From Inquilinaceae bacterium (GTDB lineage Bacteria; Pseudomonadota; Alphaproteobacteria; DSM-16000; Inquilinaceae), in the NCBI GenBank assembly GCA_965250245.1, contig OZ252296.1:26994-90993 (forward strand): a DNA stretch of 64,000 nt. Direction: 5' to 3'. The notes beneath the pieces are model-generated. The model was not told the DNA's origin and did not search any database. It saw only the letters and a list, made by a program, of their open reading frames with translations. This document shows, piece by piece, positions 1 through 10,171 of this stretch. The stretch's first letter is position 1. Each line of letters begins with the position of its first letter. A program made the translations under genes and the position numbers.

Positions 1-909
<909 letters not shown>

Positions 910-951
910 GTCCAAACGCCTGTCGCCGGCCCTCGGGTCGGCAGCCTATGG

Positions 952-985
952 GGGCCGCGGAAACGTATTCCGCGGCCCTTTTTCT
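952..985 (+). terminator. Rho-independent terminator after groEL
   Basis: Perfect 11-bp stem GGGCCGCGGAA (952-962) / TTCCGCGGCCC (968-978) with a 5-nt loop, followed by TTTTTCTTT. It lies about 43 nt after the groEL stop. Confidence 0.7.
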
Positions 986-988
986 TTG

Positions 989-2347
989 CTATGGGGCGTC
1001 CTGTGCCTGTTTGAGCCTTGCGCGGACGGCCTCGACAAAATCGGGTCGGGAAACCCTTTGCTGCTCGCCGGACTTCATGTCCCGAACGATCACCTCGAGG
1101 TTCTTGATCTCTTCATCGCCGGCAATGACGGCGACCGGGATGCCCTTGCGGTCGGCGTATTTGAGCTGGTCCTTCAGCTTTCGGCCCTGCGTGTAGAGTT
1201 CCGTCTTGATGTCGGCCTTGCGCAGAGCGTCGACCAGCCCGAGGCACTGCGTCGGGAACTCCGGATCCATCACGGTCATCAACACCTGAGCCGGGGTCGC
1301 GGCGCCTGTCTGGACCAGCCCGGCATCGAACAGGCGCGACAGCAGGCGGGTCAGGCCGATGGAGATGCCGACGCCGGGCAGGGTCTGCTTGGTGAAGGTG
1401 CCGGCCAGATCGTCGTAGCGGCCGCCGGAGCAGATGCTGCCGATCTCCGGATTGTCGACCAGGATCGTCTCATAGACGGTGCCGGTGTAGTAGTCGAGGC
1501 CCCGGGCGATGGACAGGTCGACCGCCCAGGCATCGTCGGGCAGGCCGAGATCGCGCATGCCGTTGGCGACCTCGGTGAGTTCGGCCACGCCCTGCTGGAA
1601 GACCGGGTCGTCGGCCTGGCCCGCCAGCGCGTCCAGGGTCGGGGCGGCGGTGATGAAGTCGACCAGCCGCGAGGCCTGATCGGCGCTGAGGCCGGCTCGC
1701 GCCTCGAGCTCCGCCAGCACCTTTTCCCGGCCGATCTTGTCCAGCGCGTCGACCACGCGCAGGGCATCGGCACCGCGCTCCGCTGGCAGGCCGAGATGGG
1801 CGAGGAACCCCTGCAGGACCTTGCGGTTGTTGACCCGGATGAGGAACCGGCCGATGCCGAGGCGGCTGAAGATGCCGTGGATCACCAGTGGCATCTCGGC
1901 ATCGTTCAGCAGGCTCAGCTTGCCGCTTCCGATGACGTCGATGTCGCACTGATAAAACTCGCGAAACCGCCCCGCCTGGGGCCGCTCGCCGCGCCACACC
2001 TTCTGCATCTGATAGCGGCGGAACGGGAAGACCAGGCTGTTGAAGTGCTGCGCCACATAACGGGCCAGCGGCACCGTCAGGTCGAAATGCAGCGCCATCT
2101 CGGTGGCGGCGTCTTCGCCCTCGCCGGCGGCCAGCCGCGACAGGGCGTAGATTTCCTTCTCGACCACGCCCTTGGCGGCCAGCACCTCCTTGCGCTCGAT
2201 CGCCGGGGTCTCGATCGGGGTGAAGCCGAAGCGCTCGAACGCCTCGCGGATGACGTCCAGCATGCGCTGCTCGACCAGCTTCTGCTCCGGCAGCCATTCC
2301 GGAAAGCCGCTCACCGGCTGCGGCTTGACGATCTTGCGGTCGGACAT
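989..2347 (-). CDS. hisS: Histidine--tRNA ligase
   Basis: Class-II HisRS-like translation (GFPEWLPEQ, FRYQ-type region RRYQMQKVWRGERPQAGRFREFYQCD, GGRYDDL) with a C-terminal anticodon-binding-type domain. The ORF opens at TTG 2368; the first ATG (2347) is used here. Confidence 0.9.
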   Translation of the reverse strand: MSDRKIVKPQPVSGFPEWLPEQKLVEQRMLDVIREAFERFGFTPIETPAIERKEVLAAKGVVEKEIYALSRLAAGEGEDAATEMALHFDLTVPLARYVAQHFNSLVFPFRRYQMQKVWRGERPQAGRFREFYQCDIDVIGSGKLSLLNDAEMPLVIHGIFSRLGIGRFLIRVNNRKVLQGFLAHLGLPAERGADALRVVDALDKIGREKVLAELEARAGLSADQASRLVDFITAAPTLDALAGQADDPVFQQGVAELTEVANGMRDLGLPDDAWAVDLSIARGLDYYTGTVYETILVDNPEIGSICSGGRYDDLAGTFTKQTLPGVGISIGLTRLLSRLFDAGLVQTGAATPAQVLMTVMDPEFPTQCLGLVDALRKADIKTELYTQGRKLKDQLKYADRKGIPVAVIAGDEEIKNLEVIVRDMKSGEQQRVSRPDFVEAVRARLKQAQDAP

Positions 2348-2487
2348 GGGGATTTCGGCGCGTGGCAAATGATGGGGGCAGAGACTTAAGCGGGATAACG
2401 CCGTCGCGCAACATCCGCATGTCGGGCATGCTGGGCAGCCGGCCCCAAGGCCGAATTCCTTGTCAGCGCCCGGAAGGAGGATGACCG

Positions 2488-3357
2488 ATGTTCGAAGGAT
2501 TCCGGCGGGAGTTCATCCAGGCCAACGGGGTCGAGATCCATGCGGTTGTCGGCGGGGAGGGGCCGCCCCTGCTGCTGCTGCACGGCTATCCGCAGACCCA
2601 TGTGATCTGGCACAAGATCGCGCCGGCGCTGGCCGAGCGGTTCACTGTCGTGGCGGCCGATCTGCGCGGCTATGGCGACAGCGCCAAGCCGCCGGGTGGG
2701 CCGGGGCATGAGGCGTATTCCAAACGCGAGATGGCCGCCGACCAGGTCGAGGTGATGGAGGCGCTGGGTTTCGAGCGCTTTGCCCTTGTCGGCCATGACC
2801 GCGGCGCCCGGGTGTCGCACCGCCTGGCGCTGGACCATCCCGAGCGGGTCGAGCGGGTGGCGGTGCTGGACATTGCGCCGACCCGCACGGTGTTCGAGAC
2901 CGTCGACCAGACGGTGGCCACCGTCTACTACCACTGGTTCTTCCTGATTCAGCCCAACGGGTTGCCGGAGAAACTGATCGGATACGACCCGGACGACTAC
3001 CTGCAGCGCAAGCTGACCGCCTGGGGCGCCGACGACGACGCCTTCACCGAAGCGGCGGTGGCCGAATACAAGCGCTGCTTCCGCGACCCGGCCGCGGTCC
3101 ATGCCTCCTGCGAGGATTACCGTGCCGCTGCCAGCATCGACCTGGAGCACGACCGGGCCGACGAGGACGCCCGCATCGCCTGCCCGTTGCTCGTGCTCTG
3201 GGGGACCCGTGGCCTGGTCGGCCGCCGCTACGACATCCTCAACGTCTGGCGCGAGAAGGGCACCGACGTACAGGGACAGGGCCTGGATTGCGGGCATTTC
3301 CTGCCCGAGGAGAAACCGGAGGAGACGCTGGCGGCGCTGACGGCGTTCCTGGCCTGA
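2488..3357 (+). CDS. Alpha/beta hydrolase, haloacetate (fluoroacetate) dehalogenase-like
   Basis: 289 aa with LLLLHGYPQTH, nucleophile elbow GHDRGARVSHR, YYHWFF and a C-terminal GHF. GGAGGA lies upstream of the ATG. Confidence 0.85.
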   Translation: MFEGFRREFIQANGVEIHAVVGGEGPPLLLLHGYPQTHVIWHKIAPALAERFTVVAADLRGYGDSAKPPGGPGHEAYSKREMAADQVEVMEALGFERFALVGHDRGARVSHRLALDHPERVERVAVLDIAPTRTVFETVDQTVATVYYHWFFLIQPNGLPEKLIGYDPDDYLQRKLTAWGADDDAFTEAAVAEYKRCFRDPAAVHASCEDYRAAASIDLEHDRADEDARIACPLLVLWGTRGLVGRRYDILNVWREKGTDVQGQGLDCGHFLPEEKPEETLAALTAFLA

Positions 3358-3367
3358 CTCCCGGCGA

Positions 3368-4954
3368 TCAGGGCGCGTTGTAGAAGAGCCTGGCCCGCCA
3401 CAGGCGGCCGGACTCGTCAAAGTCGAGCAGGGCGGTGTTGCCCAGTTCAAAGTATCCGCAATCCGGCAGCTCGAACTGTCTTGCAGCAAGCGCCTCCGGC
3501 GGAGGCTCGAACTGGAATTCGCTGACCAGAACCTCGCTCCGCGTCATGCCGATGCGCATTGTGTTGCCGACGGGAGTAGCGTCGGAGGTGGTGGTCAGCC
3601 GCTCCACCACACTGTCGGCGATGTCGACGTGAAGGCCCGGATACTCGTATCGATATTGCTGATAGACGCCGCCTTCGCCTTCGGCCCAGTCACCGAGGAT
3701 CCGGTCAGGGTCGCCGAGCGCGACCCCGACATGCTGCTCGGCGTCCCAGGGACGCAGTCCGCCGAGGGTGAACGTTTCGGAGTCGATGCAGAGCCGGTTA
3801 TCCGACCAGGTCGGCCAATCGGACCATTCGATGTTCGAGCCGTCGCCGCCGATCCCGTGGCGGGCATGGCGCAGGGCAATCCTGGCCGCCGGGTCGGATT
3901 CGATCTCAAGGGCCGCGGTCAGGGCCGGCAGCGCATCCGAAGCGGATTGGCCGAGATTTCGCAATGCCCAGGCCGCGCTTTCCCGGACCCTGGCATCCGC
4001 ATCGCCCAGCGCCCGCTGAAGCGGCTCCGAGAGCCTTGCGGCGTCCACGCTGGCAGGATCTGCCCGGTAGAGCATACGGAGAAGCAATGCCGCACCGATC
4101 TCGCGCAGTCGCGTCTCCTCGTCGTCTAGCAGCGCCAGCGCTTGCGGCACCAAGTCGGAATTGAAAGTGCTGGAGAAAAACTGGAGTTGTTCGGCCGCAG
4201 ACAATTGGACTCGCGGGTCGGGATCGTCGAGGCGACTCAGGATCCTCGGCAGAGCCAGGTCAGGCCCTTCCGGCACAAAGCCGAAGTTGAATGCGGCGGC
4301 GATCTGTACCCGAAGGTCACTGTCCTGCAGCGCGTCGGCCAACTCGGGCAGAAACGACCGCGATGTCCGCCACGGCAAGAGGCCCCGAGTGGCCGTCCAG
4401 CGGACTCGGGGATCGGGGTCGTCCAGGGCGGACAGCAATGCCGCCTCCACGGGCTCGGACGGCAGGTACGCACGCATGGCGGCCAGCGCGTTCTCACGCA
4501 CCAGGGGATCGGCATCGCTGGCGGCTTCGATCAACTCGGGTCTGACCCTCGGCGGTCGGAGGCGCAGGTTTGCCAGGGCGAACGAGGCGCCGCGCCGGAC
4601 GGACAGCCCGCCGTTTCGGAGATCGTCGAGCAGGTCCGGGATGACGGCCTGGCTCTCGCCGGCTTCAATGACGCGGTGCAGTTCCTGACCGATTTCGCGG
4701 TACCAGCGATGGTCGGGGCGGTACGGCAGGGCCTGCCGCAGCCCGTTCGTAGCTTGTGTATTGTCCGGCAGCGGGTCCAGATTTGCGGTTTCTACCACCG
4801 CAATCGGGACGGCGGGAAGGCTGGGTGGCCGCGGCTCGGGCTCGGCTGCCGTGCATGCGCCCACCAGCGCTATGACGCCCAATCCCAGCGCCGGACTCTT
4901 GCGGACTTTTCGATGAGCCGATCGCTCGTATGAGGCCGAGCAGGCCGCGGTCAT
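3368..4954 (-). CDS. HEAT-repeat lipoprotein with an unknown C-terminal domain
   Basis: 528 aa. N-terminal signal with lipobox-like LVGAC. Repeated DPDPRVR / DADPLVR HEAT-type units. High GC3. Confidence 0.75.
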   Translation of the reverse strand: MTAACSASYERSAHRKVRKSPALGLGVIALVGACTAAEPEPRPPSLPAVPIAVVETANLDPLPDNTQATNGLRQALPYRPDHRWYREIGQELHRVIEAGESQAVIPDLLDDLRNGGLSVRRGASFALANLRLRPPRVRPELIEAASDADPLVRENALAAMRAYLPSEPVEAALLSALDDPDPRVRWTATRGLLPWRTSRSFLPELADALQDSDLRVQIAAAFNFGFVPEGPDLALPRILSRLDDPDPRVQLSAAEQLQFFSSTFNSDLVPQALALLDDEETRLREIGAALLLRMLYRADPASVDAARLSEPLQRALGDADARVRESAAWALRNLGQSASDALPALTAALEIESDPAARIALRHARHGIGGDGSNIEWSDWPTWSDNRLCIDSETFTLGGLRPWDAEQHVGVALGDPDRILGDWAEGEGGVYQQYRYEYPGLHVDIADSVVERLTTTSDATPVGNTMRIGMTRSEVLVSEFQFEPPPEALAARQFELPDCGYFELGNTALLDFDESGRLWRARLFYNAP

Positions 4955-5041
4955 TCCTCGAACCCTCCATTCCCTGCCAGGGAGCGGCGGGACCCGAATT
5001 AATGCTCCGATCCGATTGAAAGGGCGTTAAGCCCCGGGACG

Positions 5042-5446
5042 CTAGAGCGTCATGTGCCGGGCGCGGGCGCCGCGTTCGATGGCGGCGGCGTGCAGGCGGT
5101 CGATGTGGAGTGCGTGGCGCATCATCTCCAGCAGGCGCAGCTCCTCCTGGCTGGCCGTGCCGTCGGCGGCGACCACGTCGCAGGCGATCGCATAGGCGGT
5201 CTCGTGCAGCCGCTCTGGCAGGGCGCCGCGGATCACGTCGATGGCACTGTCCAGCCCGTCCTCGTCCTGCAGCATCGTGGCGCATTCCCGGGACAGGTCG
5301 GCGATCCGGCCGCGATCGAAATCGCGGAACACCGGCAGGAAGCGCACGACCTCCGAGAGCGTCTCCAGCTCCTTGTCGGACATCGTGCCGTCCGAGGCGG
5401 AGGCCAGGACCATGGTGTAGATGAGCGCGCCGTGGGGATCGGTCAT
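5042..5446 (-). CDS. TerB-like (tellurite-resistance TerB / DjlA N-domain family) protein
   Basis: 134 aa from ATG 5446 (MTDPHGALIYTMVLASASDGTMSDKELETL...). Two helical D/E-rich halves are typical of TerB-fold proteins. The ORF extends upstream to 5563, but that part is Arg/Pro-rich. Confidence 0.6.
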   Translation of the reverse strand: MTDPHGALIYTMVLASASDGTMSDKELETLSEVVRFLPVFRDFDRGRIADLSRECATMLQDEDGLDSAIDVIRGALPERLHETAYAIACDVVAADGTASQEELRLLEMMRHALHIDRLHAAAIERGARARHMTL

Positions 5447-5695
5447 GTTCGCGTGTTCCAGGGGGTTGCAGGAGGCGCCGCGATTGCGGTGACCACGGGG
5501 ATATGGGCGTAGTGGGGGGCGGTCGTCAAGGCGTGGTGCGGTCGACAGGCCGCAAACCGGCATGGCATAGTCGAGACACCGCTTCCTTCGCCATTTCGAA
5601 CCTGAGGGAAGCCGGGTCGTCCCGCCTTCTCGAGACCGAACCCGGGCCGCGCCTTTGCGCGGCGGCCCCTATGCCGATCGGGTGACACAGCCGCC

Positions 5696-6643
5696 ATGTC
5701 CGCCGTCTTCAATGTCGCGTTGCCGGTCTTCGCCATCATCCTGGCGGGATTCCTGGTGCGGCGCGGCGGGTTGCTGGGCCCGGCCTCCTCGGAGGCGCTG
5801 AACGGCTTCGTCTACTGGATCGCCCTGCCGCCGCTGCTGTTCCTGGGCATGGCGCGGTCGGACATCCGCGAGACGCTGCACTGGCCGTTCATCGGCGCCT
5901 TCCTGGGCAGCGCGGCGGCGGTCTGGCTTGCCGCCGTGGTGATCGGTTTCGTGCTCTATCGCGCCCGGCCGTCGGTCCTGGCCATGCAGGGGCTGAACGC
6001 CGGCTTCGGCAACACAGGATATCTGGGCATCCCGCTGCTGGTGGCGGCCTTCGGCGAGGCGGCGATCCCGCCTGCGACGCTGGCGACGGTGATCATGGCG
6101 CTGGCGGTCGGCGTGCACGCGGCGGCGCTGGAGATCGCGGGCGGCGGCGGGCAAGGGACCGGGGCGGCACTGCGCAAGGCTGCGCTGGCGCTGGTGCGCA
6201 ACCCGATACTCGTCTCGCCGGTGGTGGGGCTCGTCTGGGCCGCGATCGGGCTGCCGCTGCCGATGCCGGTGGTCACCTTGTTCGAGCTGACCGGCGCGGC
6301 GGCAGGGCCCTGCGCCCTGTTCGCGATCGGCCTGTTCCTCGGCGGCCGCGCGCTGGTCTCCAACCTGGCGGAACTCGCCTGGATCTCGATCCTCAAGCTG
6401 ATCTGGCAGCCGTTGATCTGCTACTGGCTGGCGATCACCCTGTTTCCCATGGACCCGTTCTGGACCGCCTGCGCTGTGATCCTGGCGGCGTTGCCGACGG
6501 GCGCGCTGGCCTTCGTGGTGGCCCAGGCGCAGGGCGTCTATGAGGAGCGCACTTCCGCCGTGATCCTGGTCTCGACCATCGCCTCGATCGTGCCCCTGTC
6601 GATCCTGCTGGCCTTCTACGGACCAATTTACGCGGCTCAGTGA
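5696..6643 (+). CDS. AEC (auxin efflux carrier) family transporter
   Basis: 315 aa polytopic membrane protein. The N-terminus MSAVFNVALPVFAIILAGFLVRR is typical of the AEC family. Confidence 0.85.
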   Translation: MSAVFNVALPVFAIILAGFLVRRGGLLGPASSEALNGFVYWIALPPLLFLGMARSDIRETLHWPFIGAFLGSAAAVWLAAVVIGFVLYRARPSVLAMQGLNAGFGNTGYLGIPLLVAAFGEAAIPPATLATVIMALAVGVHAAALEIAGGGGQGTGAALRKAALALVRNPILVSPVVGLVWAAIGLPLPMPVVTLFELTGAAAGPCALFAIGLFLGGRALVSNLAELAWISILKLIWQPLICYWLAITLFPMDPFWTACAVILAALPTGALAFVVAQAQGVYEERTSAVILVSTIASIVPLSILLAFYGPIYAAQ

Positions 6644-6727
6644 TCGCGCCCTTTCGGCGCGCCGGAACGCTCCATATACTACCGGAAATCGGGCCGGCTC
6701 GGGCCCGAAAGCCTGGGGAGGCCGCCG

Positions 6728-7999
6728 ATGTCCGAAGACGCCGCGCTGCGACAACTGCCGCGCCGGACCCTCGCCGTGATCCTGGCCGGTGGCCGGGGCA
6801 GCCGGTTGAAGCAATTGACGGACCGGCGCGCCAAGCCGGCGGTCTATTTCGGCGGCAAGTTCCGCATCATCGATTTCGCGCTGTCCAACTGCCTCAACTC
6901 CGGCATCCGCCGGATCTATGTGATGACCCAGTACAAGTCGCACAGCCTGCTCAGGCACCTGCAACGCGGCTGGGGCTATCTCCGGGCGGAGATGGGCGAG
7001 TTCGTCGACCTGCTGCCGGCGCAGCAGCGGGTCGATGAGAGCATGTGGTATCGCGGCACCGCCGACGCGGTCTGGCAGAACATCGACATCATGGAAGGTG
7101 AGGGCTCCGACCACGTCATCATCCTGGCCGGCGACCACATCTACAAGCAGGACTATGCGGCGATGCTGGAGGACCACGTCGCCAAGGGCGCCGACGTCAC
7201 GGTCGGTTGCCTGGAGGTGCCGCGCATGGACGCGGTCGCCTTCGGCGTCATGGCGGTGGATGACGAGCAGCGCATCACCGGGTTCCTGGAGAAGCCCGCC
7301 GACCCGCCGGCGATGCCCGGCAAGCCGGACGTCGCGCTCGCCAGCATGGGCATCTACATCTTCAACTCGGAATTCCTGTTCGAACAGTTGAACCGGGACG
7401 CCCAGGACCCGCTCTCGGCCCATGATTTCGGCAAGGACATCATCCCCTACCTGGTGTCGCGGGCGAACGTCTTCGCCCACCGCCTGGGCCAGAGCGCGAT
7501 CTTCAGCGAAGGCCAGGAAGAGGCCTATTGGCGCGACGTCGGCACCATCGACGCCTATTGGGAGGCCAATCTGGACCTGACCCGGGTGACGCCGGCGCTG
7601 GACCTCTACGACCGGCGCTGGCCGGTACACACCTATCAGGAACAGCTGCCGCCGGCGAAGTTCGTCTTCGACGAGGAGGGGCGGCGCGGCATGGCGATCA
7701 GCAGCATGGTGTCCGGCGGCTGCGTGGTGTCGGGCGCCACCGTGCGCGATTCGCTGCTGTTCTCCGAGGTCCGGGTCAATTCCTACGCCGAGCTGAATGA
7801 GGCGGTGGTGCTGCCGCGTGTCGATATCGGCCGCAACGCGCGGCTGACCAAGGTGGTGGTCGACCGCGGCTGCGACATTCCCGAGGGGCTGGTGGTCGGC
7901 GAGGACGCGGAGTCCGATGCCGCGCGCTTCCACCGCACCGACAAGGGCGTGGTGCTGATCACCCGGCCGATGATCCGCGCGCTGGAAGCCGCCGGCTGA
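6728..7999 (+). CDS. glgC: Glucose-1-phosphate adenylyltransferase
   Basis: 423 aa with the motif [42 protein letters not shown] and a left-handed beta-helix C-terminus. Confidence 0.97.
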   Translation: MSEDAALRQLPRRTLAVILAGGRGSRLKQLTDRRAKPAVYFGGKFRIIDFALSNCLNSGIRRIYVMTQYKSHSLLRHLQRGWGYLRAEMGEFVDLLPAQQRVDESMWYRGTADAVWQNIDIMEGEGSDHVIILAGDHIYKQDYAAMLEDHVAKGADVTVGCLEVPRMDAVAFGVMAVDDEQRITGFLEKPADPPAMPGKPDVALASMGIYIFNSEFLFEQLNRDAQDPLSAHDFGKDIIPYLVSRANVFAHRLGQSAIFSEGQEEAYWRDVGTIDAYWEANLDLTRVTPALDLYDRRWPVHTYQEQLPPAKFVFDEEGRRGMAISSMVSGGCVVSGATVRDSLLFSEVRVNSYAELNEAVVLPRVDIGRNARLTKVVVDRGCDIPEGLVVGEDAESDAARFHRTDKGVVLITRPMIRALEAAG

Positions 8000-8037
8000 T
8001 CGCCCGGCCGCAGAAAGGAATGGCACCACACCTCCAT

Positions 8038-8152
8038 GCGTCGTCCCCGGGCTTGACCCGGGGACCCAGTCGCCTGCCGTCGCGCCGCCCATTGAAATCT
8101 ATGATCGGCCCAGCCGTTCGATGGGTCCCCGGGTCAAGCCCGGGGACGACGC
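8038..8152. repeat. REP-like element: two 30-bp units in exact inverted orientation
   Basis: GCGTCGTCCCCGGGCTTGACCCGGGGACCC (8038-8067) and its exact reverse complement (8123-8152). Each unit is itself a 9-bp-stem hairpin. A related copy lies at 56245-56277. Confidence 0.85.
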
Positions 8153-8192
8153 GGTGGAGGCTGGTCGCTCCAGCGCACGGGCCGGCTGAAAC

Positions 8193-9638
8193 ATGAAAGT
8201 CTTGCATGTCGCATCCGAGCTCTACCCGCTGATCAAGACCGGCGGCCTGGCCGACGTGCTGGGGGCGCTGCCGCCGGCGCTGGCTGAATTGGGGGTCGAT
8301 ACGCGGGTGCTGGTTCCGGGCTATCCGCCGGTGACGGCGGCGGTGCGGGACGGCAAGGCGGTCTGGACCGACCGATTCCTGTTCGGCGGCGGCGAGGCGC
8401 GGCTGAGATGCGTGCGCGCAAAGGCCGTGGCGGTGCCGCTCTATGTCCTGGACTGTCCGGGACATTACGACCGGCCCGGCAACCCCTATCTCGACTTCGA
8501 CGGCAAGGACTGGACCGACAACGAGCAGCGCTTCGGGGCGCTGAGCTGGATCGCGGCACGGCTCGGCCAGGGCCTCGATCCGGACTGGCGGCCCGACATC
8601 GTGCATGCCCATGACTGGCAGGCCGGGCTTGCGCCGGCCTATCTCGCGCTGGATGGGGGGCCGCGGCCAAGCACCGTTCTGACCATCCACAACCTCGCCT
8701 ATCAGGGCCTGTTTCCCTACGCGGCAGTGGAGCGCCTGGGCCTGCCGGCGGAGGCCTTCCGCTATGATGCGCTGGAATTCTACGGCCAGCTCGGGTTCCT
8801 CAAGGCGGGCCTGTCCTATGCCGACCGCATCACCACGGTCAGCCGGACCTATGCCAAGGAGATCCAGGCCGAGGAGCAGGGATGTGGCCTCGACGCGCTG
8901 TTGCGGCACCGTGCGGCGGATCTGGTCGGCATCGTCAACGGCGTCGATTATGGCGTGTGGGACCCGTCCAGCGACCCGCATCTGCCGAGCCCCTATTCCG
9001 CAAGGGACCTGAAGGGCAAGGCGGCCGCCAAGGCGGCGCTGCAGAAGGCGATGGGGCTTCCCGATGCGCCCGATGCGCCGGTCATCGGCGTCGTCAGCCG
9101 GCTCAACGTGCACAAGGGCCTCGACCTGATGCTGGCGGCGTTGCCGACCCTGATCCGGGCCGGCGGCCAACTGGTCCTGCTGGGCAGTGGCGATGCCGAT
9201 CTGGAGGAGGGGTTTCAGGCGATGGCGCGCAAGGCGCCGGACTCGGTCGGCGTGCGCATCGGCTATGACGAGGCGCTGTCGCATCTGATCCAGGGCGGCA
9301 GCGACGTGATCGCGGTGCCCTCGCGGTCGGAACCCTGCGGCCTGACCCAGCTCTACGCGCTGCGCTACGGCGCGCTGCCCCTGGTCCGGCGCGCCGGCGG
9401 GCTGGCGGACACGGTGGTGGATTCGACGGCTTCAGCGATCGACAAGGGCAAGGCCACGGGCTTCGTGTTCCGGGCCGCCTCGGCGGCGGCGCTCTCCCGC
9501 GCCATCGGCCGCGCCTGCGACCTCTATGCCGACAAGCAGACTTGGGCCGGCATCCAGCAGACCGCGATGGCGCAGGATTTCGGCTGGCCGGCGGCGGCGC
9601 GCAACTACCAGGCGCTCTATCGCGAGATGCTGGCCTAG
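8193..9638 (+). CDS. glgA: Glycogen synthase (ADP-glucose type)
   Basis: 481 aa with the N-terminal MKVLHVASELYPLIKTGGLADV motif and GT-B architecture. Confidence 0.97.
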   Translation: MKVLHVASELYPLIKTGGLADVLGALPPALAELGVDTRVLVPGYPPVTAAVRDGKAVWTDRFLFGGGEARLRCVRAKAVAVPLYVLDCPGHYDRPGNPYLDFDGKDWTDNEQRFGALSWIAARLGQGLDPDWRPDIVHAHDWQAGLAPAYLALDGGPRPSTVLTIHNLAYQGLFPYAAVERLGLPAEAFRYDALEFYGQLGFLKAGLSYADRITTVSRTYAKEIQAEEQGCGLDALLRHRAADLVGIVNGVDYGVWDPSSDPHLPSPYSARDLKGKAAAKAALQKAMGLPDAPDAPVIGVVSRLNVHKGLDLMLAALPTLIRAGGQLVLLGSGDADLEEGFQAMARKAPDSVGVRIGYDEALSHLIQGGSDVIAVPSRSEPCGLTQLYALRYGALPLVRRAGGLADTVVDSTASAIDKGKATGFVFRAASAAALSRAIGRACDLYADKQTWAGIQQTAMAQDFGWPAAARNYQALYREMLA

Positions 9639-10129
9639 GCGGCCGCCACCGCCACCCGCTTGATCCGCGCCAGCGCCAGCTTCGACAGGATCACCGAGGC
9701 GGTGAACATGTAGAGCCCGGCATGCACCAGCACGCCGCTGATCACCGTCACGTTCAGCGCCGCCACCACCAGGGCGATGACGAACACGTCCAGCATCGAC
9801 CACTTCGCCAGCGACTCCAGCCGCGCGACGGCGGCATGGCTGGGATTGCCCGAGAAGAACCAGACCCACAACCCGAACAGCAGCTTCACCGCCGGAAACA
9901 GCACGGAGAACACGAACAGCACCGTGAACAGGAAATACTGGTCGTCATCCCACAGCACGACGAGCCCGGACAGGATCGACACGCTGTTGCTGAGGATCGC
10001 CAGCGTGCTGACCGTCAGCGACGGCAACACGACCCCGGCGACCAACAGGGCGAGCGCGACAAACAGGATCGGACCGACCGTCCACCGGTCGAAGCCCTTT
10101 GCCGTGTGATGCAGGGTTCGCGAAGCCAT
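9635..10129 (-). CDS. PqiA-like (paraquat-inducible protein A family) small membrane protein
   Basis: 164 aa with 4 hydrophobic segments and the segment LAKWSMLDVFVIALVVA typical of PqiA repeats. Its stop overlaps the glgA stop inside a CTAG. Confidence 0.6.
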   Translation of the reverse strand: MASRTLHHTAKGFDRWTVGPILFVALALLVAGVVLPSLTVSTLAILSNSVSILSGLVVLWDDDQYFLFTVLFVFSVLFPAVKLLFGLWVWFFSGNPSHAAVARLESLAKWSMLDVFVIALVVAALNVTVISGVLVHAGLYMFTASVILSKLALARIKRVAVAAA

Positions 10130-10171
10130 TCCCCGACCTTGGACAGCCCATGATGGGCGCTAGATGGTGTG

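Noticed and set aside
5669-8092. 807-aa ORF antisense to the AEC transporter and glgC genes
   Set aside because: The translation is Arg/Gly/Pro/His-rich low complexity, typical of shadow frames in high-GC DNA. The opposite strand encodes unmistakable GlgC and AEC proteins.
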